This document shows, piece by piece, positions 1 through 15,319 of a stretch of 64,000 nucleotides of DNA (within the stretch, counting starts at the first letter, position 1; each line of letters begins with the position of its first letter). A program made the position numbers and the translations under genes. This stretch comes from Camelus dromedarius. Lineage: Eukaryota. Below the pieces are notes generated by a model that was not told the DNA's origin, searched no databases, and worked only from the letters and a program-made list of their open reading frames with translations. The DNA is taken from the NCBI RefSeq assembly GCF_036321535.1, contig NC_087436.1:81470001-81534000 (forward strand), given 5' to 3'.

Positions 1-3000
1 TAGAACACAAAGCTTTTGCATAAAAGTAATGCAGAGAGATATAAACTCTAGATCTGAACTACCAATGAATATATTGAATTCTATTTTCTTTATTTAATAT
101 ATCTTTCCTGGGTAATAATACCCTGGAAATCCCTCCAACTTCCAATTTCCACTCAAACTTTCTTATTCCTGCAGATTATCCATGCTATGCCACTGAAGTG
201 CTAAGCCTTGTATCTGGAAACGATAAACTCTATTATTACAAATTACCCAAGTGGAGTATATGCACATGAATCTATGTCGATTTTTATTATGAAAGACAGG
301 ATTATTTCTCAAGAGAAAGCCATTTTACCAAATTTTATGAATCAGTCGTCACAACTATAACAGGAAACAGGTATTAAAGGGTTCGATACTAAATCCTGTT
401 GGGACAATGGGTGGCAGTAAGCCTTCACTCAACTAATATGTGTATCTGTTTATCAGAGTGAGACTGGATTATTTTACGAAGTTTTCAAGATATTCCAATG
501 AATACTGACTCTGCATACACCTAAGAAGAAATAGGGAAATTCAATCACAGTTGGAAACTGGATTTTGATGCTTTCTGAGATGATCTGATATGATATTTGG
601 GTCTCCATAAAGTTTTGTACACGAATGCTGCCCAGATAGAATTCTGGTTGCTTTTATGATTCTGATTCATTACATTTCCCCTCCCACCATCAGTATTCCC
701 ACAGGCAAAAAGCAGATTCATTTGCAGTTGTGACACTCAGAAACTGAGTCACTTTCCTTAGAAGGAATGTTAAATTTTGGTGTTACTAAAATAAACAGTC
801 ATCAGTTTTCTAAGTGAGAAAATCTCAAGTGTACTATCATTTGTCAGGTATTAGATTAAATAAATTATCTTTTTTCTGCTCTATGCAAGAGATAGGAGTG
901 ATATAATATAGGCCCTGGCAGTTTAAATCTAAATAAAGAAAGCACTTTATTGCTACTTCCACACTCTGCCTAATGGCTTGGATTGTGATCTATGATGAAA
1001 TATTTTTGGACTGTGTGAGCTTCAATCCAGCAACTGGATAAATGTTTCCTATCTAGGAGATTGTGAGGCTCTAACAACACAGTTGTGAGACCACACTGCT
1101 TTTCTCCTCAACCTAATTATATCTTCATTTAGCATAGGATTCAGACAATGGGTTTTGATAAATTTTCTTTCAACGAATACCTCCAAGTACAATAGCAAGA
1201 AGATTTAATATGGTTTTCTAAAATCAGAACACCATTCCTTTGAAAAGCTTGTTTTAAAAGTTATAAATTTAATTAGATATTTAACAAAAGCACATTGTTT
1301 TAAACTTCAGTGCAAAGATGGAGTTATAAAAGACTAGTGATACGCATAAATAAACAGAGAATGTACCTATTTTGCACTTGTGAATCTAAGTAAGAAAAGT
1401 AAAAAACTTTCATGGAACACAATGCTAAATATTTTAATGCCAGGAAATAGAGAAAGATTTTCTCCTTGAGTCTACTTATTCAACCTGCTTTTCTTTCTTT
1501 ATAACTTCTATGGTATCATTAATTTTTAGCCTTTATTTTAAAGATATTATAACCTTGACTCCCTTTTTTAACAAAACAAAAATATCCTTAAAAACTTATA
1601 ATAAAGAAGAAAACCTTTAGCTATATATTAAATTATATAAATCTTTAGTTTTATATTTAATTTATACTAAATTATAAATAAAACTGTAGACTAATGGATT
1701 TACAAAATATTCTGCCGTAAAAAGATTTAATAATTTTTTTACTGCATCAAACTTTTTAAAATTGTCATCTTTAAAATCCATGTAATTCTACAGTGTATAT
1801 AAATAAGGAATTTAAAGAAATCTTGATACTGAAAAAATGTTTTTCTTTAAACTTTCTATGTTCTGATGAACAAACAGTAGATGCTAGCTCTGAATATCTC
1901 ATGTCATCACCAAATTAAATACAAGCTCCCTGAAGATTCAGGTAATTATCCTTACTTCATTCTGTACGTCAACTCGAAGAAGTGCTTTAGTAAGTGACAA
2001 ACTATTCATTTTCTTTCCTTTTACTGTTGAATTCACAGATAATTTTGGTTTCTCATCTTCTGAGAAAATTTTTTACTCTAGATGGTCTTTTTTAGTTATT
2101 TCTATTTTTTACACTTTACTTAATTCAATTTGAAGGTTATCTGGGCTGGAGTGCTTCCAAACCAACTTCATACCCAAAAATCAGAGTTCCTTTTCTTTTG
2201 AAGGTATTTACAGGTATGTGTATGTTTGTAAACACCTAATGTTTAATATGTATCAGATGACTACCATCACTGCAGTCTTGTAAGACAGGCAAAGGAAGCA
2301 TGTTACAAAGTAAACTGAAGTTTAGGAGATGTCACATGACTAAAGCAAAGAAGACCAGAAGCCAGTTCTTGGAGCGCTTTGAGCTGAAGACTCATTTGAC
2401 TGCTGACAAAAGAGAAAAGTCCTGCAGTGGGTATCACTGCTCATGAACTTTGTCCTAAGAGCCCATTGGGCCAACGTGAGTCTGAATCGAGCATTGTAGT
2501 AATGACTAGGGAATGTATTGTGTTGTTTGTCGTTTCCCCCCTCAAACAGTTTGCTTTATTTTTAAAGATCGTTCAGTACACTGTCTACAGAGCTATAGAG
2601 GGATAAGGAAAACCAGTATGCTTTTATATATCCATTTCTGGGGGACAGGGAACTCCTGGAGGACCCAGCAGTCCTAGTGGACCTTTGTACATGGTCATTC
2701 ATAGCTTCTCTCCAAGGCATCTAGCAGTCAAGGTCCCTCTGCTCAATCTCTTGCCTTCTGTTCCACCCCCGGAAGTCCATTCTCTGTGTCCTCTCTCACT
2801 GCACCCTTTCTGTATACCTCTCTGAACTCCTTTTATCACTCTTCAGCCTCATCCTGCCCTCTAGTATACTCTGGCCTACTCTAAATTTCTCGGAGAGGGA
2901 TTTTCCCCTTACAACCACACCCTCCTTCCATCTTTTCAGATCACCTCAGAATCTCCAGCTCCTGGTCTAGTGATTCCTGTCTCACTCAGATTTTCTCAGA

Positions 3001-3770
3001 ATAATAAGAAAAAATAAGAGTAGTAGCAAATTCCTGGTGAAAATAGATTCTTTTAAACAAATAGAAAAAAATTGTCTTATTTTTTCAATTATTTGTGATT
3101 ATTGGCAATTTGCTTACGGGCGTGAAAGAATGACTACTGAAATTTTTAAATCCCAATTTTATTTAAAGTCATAAATTATGTCTAGTTTGAGATAATGCTG
3201 TATTGCCTTAATATTAGATAGAAGACTTGGACTACAGCAATGTGTTAGTTGCAAAAGTTTCTTAGGTAGGATGCATTAGTTATTTCAAAGAGCTAAGAAG
3301 GATTAGAATATCTATCTGTACTAGCCTCCAATTTTTGTTCACCTTACTTTGATTGTTCCTAATTTTCATTTGTTCAAGTTAAGAAAATATATGATATTCA
3401 GTTAATTTGAGGGTGTTTTATTTCTTCAAATGTATTTCTAGCCAATCATTTACCTATTCTTTGATAACTTGTCTTCTTGGCAAGATTAAATGTACATTAT
3501 TTTTATTTTAACTGAAATGTCTCATGTCATCAGAGGGAAAGGCAAGAAGTGGTACTTTAGCTGCCTAACTGTCAGCTTTAACTGGAGATAATATGCTCAT
3601 GGTCCAGAAGTTTCAAATGAATAAGGTGTGCCTTGCTTTAACATTCGCCAGGTCCAGAGAACTCTGGCTAGAACTCAAGATAAATGAACATCACAGGTTT
3701 TACTCAGAGAAGGTGCTATCATTTGAAGTAGAATGGAAATAATAAAGTAGGAAGAATATATTTAAAGAAT

Positions 3771-3908
3771 GGAGGGAGGTGGGTATAGCTCAGTGGTAGA
3801 GTGCATGCTTAGGTCCTGGGTTCAATCCCCAGTGCCTTCTTTAAACTGAATAAACCTAATTACCTCCCCTCCAAAAACAAACAAACAAAACAAAAGACAA
3901 ACAAACAA
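3771..3908 (+). mobile_element. tRNA-derived SINE (camelid Vic-1-like) with a ~10-nt internal deletion
   Basis: A box TAGCTCAGTGG, B box GGTTCAATCC, (CAAA)n tail, short TSD AAAGAAT (3764-3770 and 3909-3915). Confidence 0.85.
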
Positions 3909-6900
3909 AAAGAATCAGGCTTGAGGAAAGAACTGGTATTAAATGAAAACTATACTGGTATTACGTGAGACCTAAGTAATCAAGAATATGGCATGCCCCT
4001 GTTGGTTTCAAGGGTGGGTGAAAGAAGTCGGTGATTAGATAGTCCTTAAAAAAAAAAAATTCTAAGAAACATCATAAAACTGCTTTACTATAGTTCATTA
4101 TTAAAAGAAGCAAAATCTGAATGCAATGCAAAGTTACTGATATCATTTATATGATCATTGGACTGCTTGAAAAAGCAGACCTGCCATATTTATTGTTCTC
4201 TGACTTGAACTTCATCATTAAGAAGAATTTTTAGTAATAATGTATACTATGTCAACATATATCCTAAAAAATAGGTTTTATTCATAAAATTGTAATGAAA
4301 ATTGAGTGTATAATAGTGTATGTTTGAATAATTAAGAAATTCAACAAACATTTTATAAATATTCCTTTGGATATTAAAAAAGTTAGCAAACTAATGAATG
4401 GAAAAGCAAATATGTATGTATTTATTTTGCCAACAGTTTATTTTAATAATGAAGAAGCTACCTTGTGTTGTCATCTGGATCATATCAATAGTCAAGAAAC
4501 CCACACAATGATTCTCAAAATGCAAAAACAGTTTTAACGTAGGAAAACAGTTAAACCTTTAGTCATCAATGATAATTTCAAAAGATTTCCCAATTTGTCA
4601 AGGTGTTTTATTACTTTTGCTTAGAGTTCAGATTTTAAAAGGGGACATTAAAAAGTTCTGTCGAGAAAGAGAAATAATGTTGATTATGATGATGGAGTAT
4701 TATAACATCATTTTTCAGCCTCAGAGAAATTCATCAGAAATAATTCTAAATAATTCTAAGTTAATTATTCACTTATAATATTTTTTAAGTCTCTGAAGAC
4801 TCTTAGATATAGTCAAAGTATAAATTAGCATAGCCTAAACTTTGATTTTACCCCCAGTAAATTATGGAATCATTTTAGTAAGATAAAATATTGGATGATT
4901 CTTCTCCCCATAAATCACCTGCATCAGCCCCTAAACTTGTGTCTGATCATACGGTCTAGGGCAGTTATGATCACCAGAAGCATGATCCAGTGCTCCGATC
5001 TCTTTATCATTGGTAGGAAGCTCATAATAATAGCCTCATGTAAAGATTAATGAAACAATTCCACTCAAAAACACAGAGTATATGTAATCCATTGTTTAAT
5101 AGGGATTTCTATGGTTTAGTTTAATTTTTAAATATGGTCATGACTTAAAACATTAAACTGTAGTTTTAATTATAGGCAATTAAGGATTTAAATCCAAATG
5201 GAAACATTTTCAATGAGATGATAGTTCTTCCAATGCATTTCATCTGGAAATTATTACTCATATTTAAGTAAAATTTAATTTAAGCAAGATGTTTTCCACT
5301 GTAATGTCTTTGTGTAACTTCCCCACTGACTTTTAGTCTGCAGGCAGGCTCATTATCACATATGGCAGTAGGTTATCAAATACCGATACTGCATATAATC
5401 ATAAGCAGAGAAAGGGATATATCTTTTTATATCTTCAAAATTCTGTAGAATCCAAACCTTAATCACAATGTACACATTGTATATTAGGGTTTATTAAATT
5501 TCTAGGGTCATATTTATCAAGGAAATATATTTTATGTATTGATATTTTTCACAATTTACTTTCAGTGTCAAACATTTTTCTAAAACATAAACTAGGATAG
5601 ATGGAAAAAAAAGGCCTCCAAGAGAAAAACTTCTGGAAGAATGTAGAGTTACCAATATGGTGCTATTATCTCTGCTTGTTTATCTGAAGGGTAGTTTGGG
5701 TTATAAAAAAAGTTTGACTCTTCCTAAGTTTATTGGCTTTTAAATCTGATACTAATGATTTAATGATAAATACCTGAATAGCTAAATTAGATCTCAGAGA
5801 ACCATGCTACGTGGGAATCAAGTGACCTGTAACAACAGCGTCACATGGAAATGGTATGTTGTGACTTTTTGTTTTCCATTAACTAGTGCACTACAGAGAT
5901 GTGGCTGTGCAACTTTACATTGAAAATGACTGAGAAGTTCCAGGTCTTTTTTATTTGAAATGTATTATACCCCAAAGACAAAAGCACACACACACACACA
6001 CACACACACAAAGTACTCCTACTTTTGTATGAAATCAATACATTTAAATATGAATGTGAATTACAATATCATTCAAATCAACTAAATTGATCTGTATGTA
6101 ATTGATCCTCAAAATATAAATAACTTAACATAAAATAAAAAGAACCATTATCACTTCAATACATAACCAATATAAAAATTGAGATATTTTGCATGTTTTC
6201 TTTTTATATCTTCAAAATTTAATATGTATTATGCATATATAACACCTCTTAATTCAGACTTCATAATTTCAAGAGCTACCCATGTGATTAGTGCCTACCT
6301 ATTAGCATAGTTTTAGAAGATATCTTTACTCACATTACTATTGGAATTTAGAGAATATCTCATTAATATCTGGCAGAATAAATAAATGACTACATAAATG
6401 TATGTTCATTGTGGTGTCAACTTCTTATTGTCAGATTTTTTTTTATTATTGGCCTTTTCTTCTACTTCTCTTACTGTTAAATAACAATCATAATATTTCC
6501 TACATGATAAAAGTCCCGTAATAGATCCTTCTTATTAATCAAATACAATATTTAATAAAGTTATGGATCACATATTTATGGCCAATTTCAAAAATTCATA
6601 TGTGATAAATATAATGAATTCAATCTGGCATTATCATTGTTGAAGTTGTCAATTGTACTTAGATTTGCATAATTGTGTGTTAGCAGGGTATTTCTGTACT
6701 TATAAAAATATTTTTTAAATTAATATGTAAACTTTATTATCAGTAATTACAAACACAAATATGTGCTTTTGTTAGTGAATGAACTTTTGGTCCTTTCAGA
6801 AATACACCAGCTCATTTAATAATTCCAAAGCAGAGCTATCGCTCCAAGAAATTTCTGATCGAATTTAGTATAAGACCCACTAAGGGAACACAAATCAACA

Positions 6901-7545
6901 CTGCTTTTTTTTTTAATTGTCTCTATTCCCCACACTGTACATTTCATTTTTTTAATTCTGAATTTCATTTGAAAAGCAATTATCTATGTTTAAGTCACAT
7001 CTCCAAGTCAAATAAGGAAAGCCTATTTTAAATTCACCTGACCTCCAGCAATTTGAAAAATAATTATTATTTTTAAATGTGGAAGTTCACATTTTAAGGA
7101 AGATGTGCTATTTTAACCTATTTAAGACTGGGTATAGTGTCAAGAATAATTCAGATCAATAAAGATATGGACAGAAGTTTAGGGCATCAGCAAGAAGAGA
7201 AATGATTATGCCGAAATTTGTAGAAGCATAAAATGGTTATAGAAAGGAGATGGAAAATACTTGCAAATAGTGGCTTCTTCTGCTAATTATAAATATATTT
7301 TACTCATTTGGGATTTGGTGGCCTCTCTTACTTATGAGAAAAAAAAATTGCACTGCTATTTTGAGTTACAGATAAGAAAATAATTTAAGAAGAAAAATCC
7401 CATTAAAACTTAGTTAAAACAAATCATTGAGGTAGGTAGTTTTCAGTACTGGTCAGATTAAAGAAGTAATCATTTTTTAAAAATCACAGTTACACCACTT
7501 ACCCAACTTTTTGCTTCTATCTTTACTCTCCTGGTAAAATCATTA

Positions 7546-7725
<180 letters not shown>

Positions 7726-10096
7726 CTAAGATAACTGCTCTCAGGAGGAGGAGGAAAAAGAACAGTTTGATTAGAAGGTACAATTTCTATCTCCCACCAA
7801 AAGCTAGCCAAAAAGGTGAATTAAAATCAGCACTATAATATTACACAAACAATGTATAGTGTAAGAACTCAAATTATTTTTTAATTACTTTGTGAGTGCC
7901 TTAGATTGCTTCTTTAGTGCCACAAAGTGGTAACATGGAAAAGCAGCAGCTTAACCAAAAGCATCTCCATGGCAGAGTGATGGCTAGAAGCCACCAAAGG
8001 GTTTTCGATGTCATTTGCTGGATGTAGAGAAAATAATCTTGATCAACCTTTAGGGGTGGCTGTTTCCATTTTCTATTCTATTCAGTTACATGGAATAGGG
8101 CAACTAGCGACACCCCTTTTTCAATCCAAAAATAAGGTAAATGCAACCAAATCCAAGAAACTAGGAAATGGCTGGAACCATGGTTTAAAGGCAGAAAGAA
8201 ATATTGGAAGGAAACCCTGATATTCAGGGCTTAGTTTTTCCTTCAGAAGTTATTCTTGTAAATAAACATCAGTTTTAGTTTCTATTTGAAATACTTCAAG
8301 AAAAAATATATAATTAATTAGCACATGTATAAAGGAGTCATCTAGAAGTAAAGTAAATAAAAGTATTAACGGTGTTAAAAATTATTATATACATACATTT
8401 GTCTCTCAATTGTCATACTTGTTAACCAAACATGCTTCACCTTCTCTTACCAATCTTTACCCTCTTCCAACTCGCTTTTTAGTAAGGACAAAGGGAAATT
8501 GGGGGCAAAAACATTAGGCTAAAATGCTCCTTGGGGAAGGAAGGCAGGTTAGGTGAATAGGATAGCTGGGCATGCCTGATGTGGGAGCAAGCAGGTTATT
8601 CTGCAGGATTACTTTCATCCCATAGGTAGGTGAGAGGGCAGCACGAGGGTGCTAGGTATGCTTTCTCCATGGATCTAGAGAAGCCAAAAGACTAAGGCAG
8701 CAACTTGCAGTCCTTTCTGGTGGGGGAAGGGGAAGGGATGAGATCACATGCCATCTGTGCAGCAAAGATCTGAAAATCCACATTAGGCAAATTCAGATAC
8801 CCCACCCCAGATTCTTATAGATTCTTGATTTACTGAATTTTTTAACTGGGTCTCCCTTTGATTTTTTTTTATAAATAACTTACAAAGAAAGTATACAAAT
8901 ATCAAACCCAAATAAGTTAGAGGTGGTATTGCCTTGAGAAGAGGACCAGATTTTCCTCTTCCAAGTCAAAACGTAACAGAATTCTGCCATTGCTCAACAA
9001 AGTAAACCTGACCTTGCCAAGAACTTTTTTCCCTTCCTCTGCACAAATGCACAAAAGGATTGGCTCTCTTCTAATCTGGAAGTCAGAAACTTTTTAAAAC
9101 TTTGGTGGCCAGGGAATTTTCAAAAAAGTACTCTGTACCACCTACACATAAAAATACAATGATAATTACTCCTCTAGAACTTATAGACTCCTGGGAACTA
9201 AACAGAATAGAATATAAAAAATAAGTATGAAAGGTACATTGAGTACATATATAAATTCTAATATAAAACTATTTTAATTCTTAAATATATTGATGTGTTT
9301 TTAATACACCACATTACTTGTTAGAAATACTCTTTTCAAAGTTAATATATTGCAGTGCTTTCTAATACGTATTTCATGAGTCCTTCATTTCAGTAAAATC
9401 AAACCGAAATACATTTTGAAGATTCTTTCTACCTTTTCTTTTAAAGTGCTCATGAGTACTAGCTTTTCTTTATGAAAGCAGTAGTGTAAAATTTAATATT
9501 TTTCCCTCTCGATGGTTTTGGAATTTATAAAAACTTACTAGGCGATTGCTACCTTAACAATTACTTACAGAACAGTTTAAAGTGTTAAAGAAATTCTTTT
9601 CCAACCTGAACACTTTGGATTATTCTAAACTGACTATACATTGAACATTTGTGAAGATTCTTGCTCCAAGGATTTGTTGTATCTTTTTGTCTTTTCCTAG
9701 GACTAGAGCCATCAATCTAAGATGTAACATAAAGCCAAAGGGCTAAATGGAGCAGACAGATTTCTTCCCGTTTATACTCGCTTTGAGCTGAGCTGCCACC
9801 TAAAAAGCACGTTTTCTCAATACCTACGGCATCTATGCTAATGAGTATCCACCTGACTGTTTAATCAGGCTCTGCTTGTAATTCGTGTTAGCCGTAACAT
9901 TTCAGTGCTCTTCTAGCCAACCTTACTTCTCAGAAACATCCTTCGCATTTTTAATGGGTGAGTCTTCCTAGTAGTATTTTTGAAAAACTTCTGAATATGA
10001 AAGCTGGCAACTCTATTTTTTAAAAAAAAAGTATTCATACACACTGAAAGAGAACATTACTCTTGGCTATCTACAAATGTGTCCTCATTTTCTTCA

Positions 10097-10420
<324 letters not shown>

Positions 10421-10983
10421 CTACGAAAAGCAAAAAAGTGCTGCCCCGAGAAGTTTACAGTTAGTGTTTCGATTTTTTGTTTTAATATCCTCAGAAACTT
10501 TTTTAAACTCAGAAGAGAACTGTATCATTTTTACAATTTAAGCTCATCTTGGAAAGAGGTTTTAGAAAAAAAATCATTTACTGTCATCTGTTAGGTTTCT
10601 CCTTATGGCAACGTAAAACTTTCAGCTTATATTTCATTTCTAGGCCTGACAGAAGAGCAGATCAGGGCAGCTGTCTTTATGGACCAGAAGCAAACAACGG
10701 AAAGGAACTGTCTTGTTTCAGCTGCACCTCTGACCTCTGCCAATCAAGGGGCTAGAAAGCACAAGGCTTCTCAGAAGCTGACTCTCAATGAGCTGAAACA
10801 AAATATTAAACAAAATCAACTGCAGGGTGCTGAAGCTTCCTCCTGCACAGTAGTGATTCTGATTAATGTGCTGATTCTATAGGAAAATAAACGAGGATGC
10901 ATATTATATTTAACCAAGCTCATCTACATAAAGAAAAGAATCCAGGTTGCTCTTTCTCTTCTCCACAAGCATCTTAATTATCA

Positions 10984-11196
<213 letters not shown>

Positions 11197-11973
11197 TCAA
11201 ACGAGTCAGAATCCTCTCCTAGACCTGTAAGTCGTCCCAACTTTCCAGCTCAACTTTTGACAAATTAAGAATATGAAAAACTTGCAAGTATTGCATGCGT
11301 GTTACCCATGGTAACCCTACCACGAGAGTGCTAACAGAAGTAGCATTTATTAGTGTGTGGTTCCTGTCCATATATTTTCTACCTTCATCTTGTTCTCACT
11401 TCACCCTGAATTCTCTGAACTCTTTCTTGAGTATTATGATTACAAATAAAAAAAATTCAGAATAGCATCTTCCATTAAATGCAGTGTATCTGTGTGAAAC
11501 AAAGGAGTCAATCCCTCTCCTCTGCTTATTGTCACTATACTTCTGGTAGGTTTTTTTGTCACAAAATCAAAAAACACCACAAAAATAGAAACGAAGGCTA
11601 AAGATGATTTTTATCATGTCCTTTATTAATATTTCTCAAAGTGAGTTGACTCATTCTAGAAAGCTCACAGAATAAGTTAAAAATAATAAAAAATGTAAAA
11701 TAAGTAATAAGCTTTCTCTGATTCTGATTGAACCAAGAACATAGGACAACAAAGCACAAAGAGCCAGAAGTTCAGAGAGTAGCAGAAATGTCTTTCCAGG
11801 AGGTAACACCAGAAACAGAGCCTCCTGTCCTATCCCTGGATCCTTTCCATTTGCTGCCAGTCCTCACCTCCCTTTGGTGTCCACAAGGGATTTCATTCAT
11901 TTGATTTTTGTCAGTATCACTTGAGTTATCTGAATGCTATGCTCCCCCTTCCTTCACGAGTTTTGTTACTTAC

Positions 11974-12032
11974 ACATCTTGGAACTCCTCCAGCGTTTTC
12001 TGGGGTGTGAAGACATTTAATAAACTAATAAT
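11974..12032 (-). CDS. MAPK10: MAPK10 coding exon, 59 nt (absent from the ORF track)
   Basis: IISLLNVFTPQKTLEEFQD(V). Acceptor cttctccag|ATT after a long pyrimidine tract, donor GATGT|gtaagt. Confidence 0.97.
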
Positions 12033-12466
12033 CTGGAGAAGGGACAGTGGAAGGGACAGAAGGAGAGAAAGAAAAAGGGAGAAAATTAACTATTTAAAAA
12101 ACATATTTAAACAAGTACTTATTCCAACTCGAAGTCACATATGTACTAGTGCTATGGTGGAAACAGAAAAGTTGGAAAAATTTTCTAGAACTATCTCACA
12201 GAACACAGAAAACTGCACTCAGAAAGGACATGTAATCTGTCTTCAGGTTAAAATCAATTAAAAATTAGACAGAAAGAAGTATCAGAGAAGATACATAATT
12301 GTGATATTGCTTTAGAGTGTGGTCCTCCTTGGTAAATATAGGTTGTAATGTAATTCAACAAAAAAGGAGAAAAAGCCATGTAAGAAAAGTAAGGCAGCAG
12401 TGAAACTCCCAGCAAGACTTAGTAAGGCCACGTCCTCCTTCAAACAAACAAGGTGGGGTCTTAAGT

Positions 12467-12592
12467 CAGTGTTCTAAGTCAAGGCAGTGTTCTCAGTCAA
12501 GGCAGTGTTCTAAGTCAAGGCAGTGTTCTCAGTCAAGGCAGTGTTCTCAGTCAAGGCAGTGTTCTATGTCAAGAAGGTATTCTGAGTCAAGA
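12467..12592. repeat. 18-bp minisatellite, 7 units of CAGTGTTCT(A/C)AGTCAAGG
   Basis: Units start at 12467, 12485, 12503, 12521, 12539, 12557 and 12575; the last two are degenerate. Confidence 0.95.
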
Positions 12593-14689
12593 GTTTTTGT
12601 GTTGTTGAAACTAAAGGTTTCTTTTGCTTCTATTTCACACTCAAATATTATTTAAACTAATGCTTCAATGGTATGTGTGAGGAAAGGTATATCTTAGATG
12701 ATATCAATGATGAATTTAATGGAAAATGTATTTTTGAAGTTATCAAAATGCTGTTTCTTAAACTTTTTTGTTTCCTGATTTAGTTATTTTATATATTAAA
12801 TAGTAAAGAAGTTTATCTTCTAGTATAAGTAAATTTTGAAAAGAAATTTGTTTTATGCAAATAAATTGCATGCATATATAACTCAAAATTTTCTTTCAGT
12901 TAAATATTCTGTATTAATGTGCCAGTGGGAAGTAGAACTAAAAAATATAGAGAACAATCTTCTACTCGTAGGACAGACACAACCATTTCACAAAAATAAG
13001 CTTAAGATTTACACATCTTTAAGACATGAACTAATGAATTTCAGTAAACTTCATAAGCATGAAATAATAAATAAAGCAAAATGGTTTTTAATATCTGAGA
13101 AATGCAGTCAATTCTAGGGAATGTTTTAAAGCTTCAGTAGTTTTCATTTGTTGAAGATTTTTGTTGAGGAAAAAAGTGACAATATCATCAAATACTTTTA
13201 CATATATATACATGGCAACGGTTATAACATATCAAAACATCCAGGATTATCTATCTCCTCTGAAGCAACTTTGCGGTATGAAATACGCATATAGAAATAA
13301 AATTGTTTCAAAATATTTTTAAAACTTGTGATTAAAGTTTTAATTTAATTTGTGCTTTGTTATTCTGTATACTTAGTTATGGTGTGTTTTGAAAAATGTC
13401 TACATATATCAATGGAACATACATCATAAGCCTGTTTTTCTAGTACTTTATCAATCTTGGAAAGTAATTCATTTTTATATTTCTTCAAACAGAAACATCA
13501 GAGACTGTGTGTAGGACACACACACACACACACAACACACAAACAACCCTTAAAGATGAAAAAATGCTAATCCATATTACCTGGTAAATAAATAATCTAG
13601 GTAATCTAAATTAGTCTAGAAAATAGAATTACAATGTTATGTAAATGAAGGATTATTATTTTAAAAGGTGAAGTCCCCACTATGTATTCTTGTTGCCATG
13701 CCCATGTTTTATCACCTTCATCTTCTTTGATTTCCCTTTTCAGGATTTCTCCTCTGTTCTTTCTTTGGTCCATTATAAATCTGAATTCCTACTAATAACT
13801 AATCAAATATCTTGTCTTTAGAATCAGATCATCACAGGTTATTTCCATTTTTGTTCAATGCTTTCCAGGCAGGAATCTGACTCGGTTCCTTTTTCATTCG
13901 AGCATCTTAAAATGCACAGATGTGAATCAGTGTTTGTCATGGCCCCACAATAATGTCAGCTATCACTTCCTAGAATTGTGTTCATTTTCTAAATGGATTG
14001 GCTCTTGTATTATTGAAAATTTAATTGGGATTCCTTTACTATTTCACTTTACTTTCCACAGCATTAACAGAGTTCTGCTTTTACTTAGTATTACAAGCAC
14101 TAATGTGGAATTTATATTTGGGGTGAAATTCATCTCTGTTAACAAGTTCTGGAAATTTATTTCCACAGACTTATAAACATACATGCATACAAACATATAT
14201 ACATACACACATAAAAGGGGGTAGCAGGCAGGATTCCACTTACAAATTCCCATTTCAATTTGGAAATCCATTTTAGGTATCATAAATGTGAACCCCCATA
14301 TTCCAATCAAGGATGAGGGTATGATTCCCTCAAATTGGCCAAGTAACTGAGAATTCCTCCAAATGTATTTATTGCATTATAGGGGCTGGAAGGAGGATTA
14401 GAGAGATACAAATATATGAAAACAAAAACTATCAAAACTTCCCACACAGTTGCTTTATTGTTCATGTCCATCTTCCATGGCCTACAGTATTTCTCATACT
14501 CTTTGCTATCACAGAAGGAGTTGGCACTGGTCATGCAGTTAATCGATCTCCTGCCTTTATTTAACACACAGAAAGAACAAATTGTTTTAGTAGAATGACT
14601 TTTCTTTGGAATCATCCTTTCCATCATTTCCGTATTCCTTTATAGAAATCTGCTCCTCGCATGGCCAAATGAGAGGTGGGTACATAATT

Positions 14690-15005
14690 CATAAGCTTTC
14701 TCTTTCTTAGTGAAGCCTTTCTTGCTCAATCTGTTTAAAAGAGTAACCCTACCCATTCTGCACTGACCAGAATTTTTTATCTTCCTTCTTTGCTTCATTT
14801 TACTTGATACCACTTATTAGTATTTGACATTCTATACACTTACCTACCTACTTTGCAGACTGCCTTTGTCTCCCCAGTGAGCACCACGTGGCAGGAATTT
14901 GTCTCTCCTATCTTCACTGCTGTATTCTTAGCATCTTAGAGCATCTAGATCTATACCTGGCACATTCTATTCATTTAACAAGTATTTGTCAAACAAATGA
15001 CTGAG
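14690..15005 (+). mobile_element. LINE-2 3' end
   Basis: TTCACTGCTGTATTCTTAGCATC...CCTGGCACA...AAGTATTTGTCAAACAAATGA, an L2-type tail. Confidence 0.65.
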
Positions 15006-15319
15006 CTAAAGTGTCATTGGAGTAGAGTAATAGAGGAAAAGAGAAACACTCATTAGGCCTAAATCCATTTATTTGTATTTTAAATATCTTTCAACTCATA
15101 CGTTTGCTTCTTCTTAGTGCCACTGATAGACGGTTAGCCTCATGACAAATTCACTTGTTTATAAAAACTGCATGGATAATTTCTTATATTCTGTGATTTT
15201 CATACTCAAGAAAAACTTTGTAGGGAGTTATTATTATATGTTTATAATAATTATTTATATTACATGTTTACATGTAATAAATTATATGTATATGTAATGA
15301 TTATAATTATAATCTATTT

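Noticed and set aside
3360..3390. TTTCTTAAC as the U12 branch site ending the intron
   Set aside because: Mismatch in the core, and the following sequence does not encode the expected IDQWNKVIEQ exon.
12467..12592. CRISPR-like array
   Set aside because: Head-to-tail units without unique spacers, in a mammalian intron.
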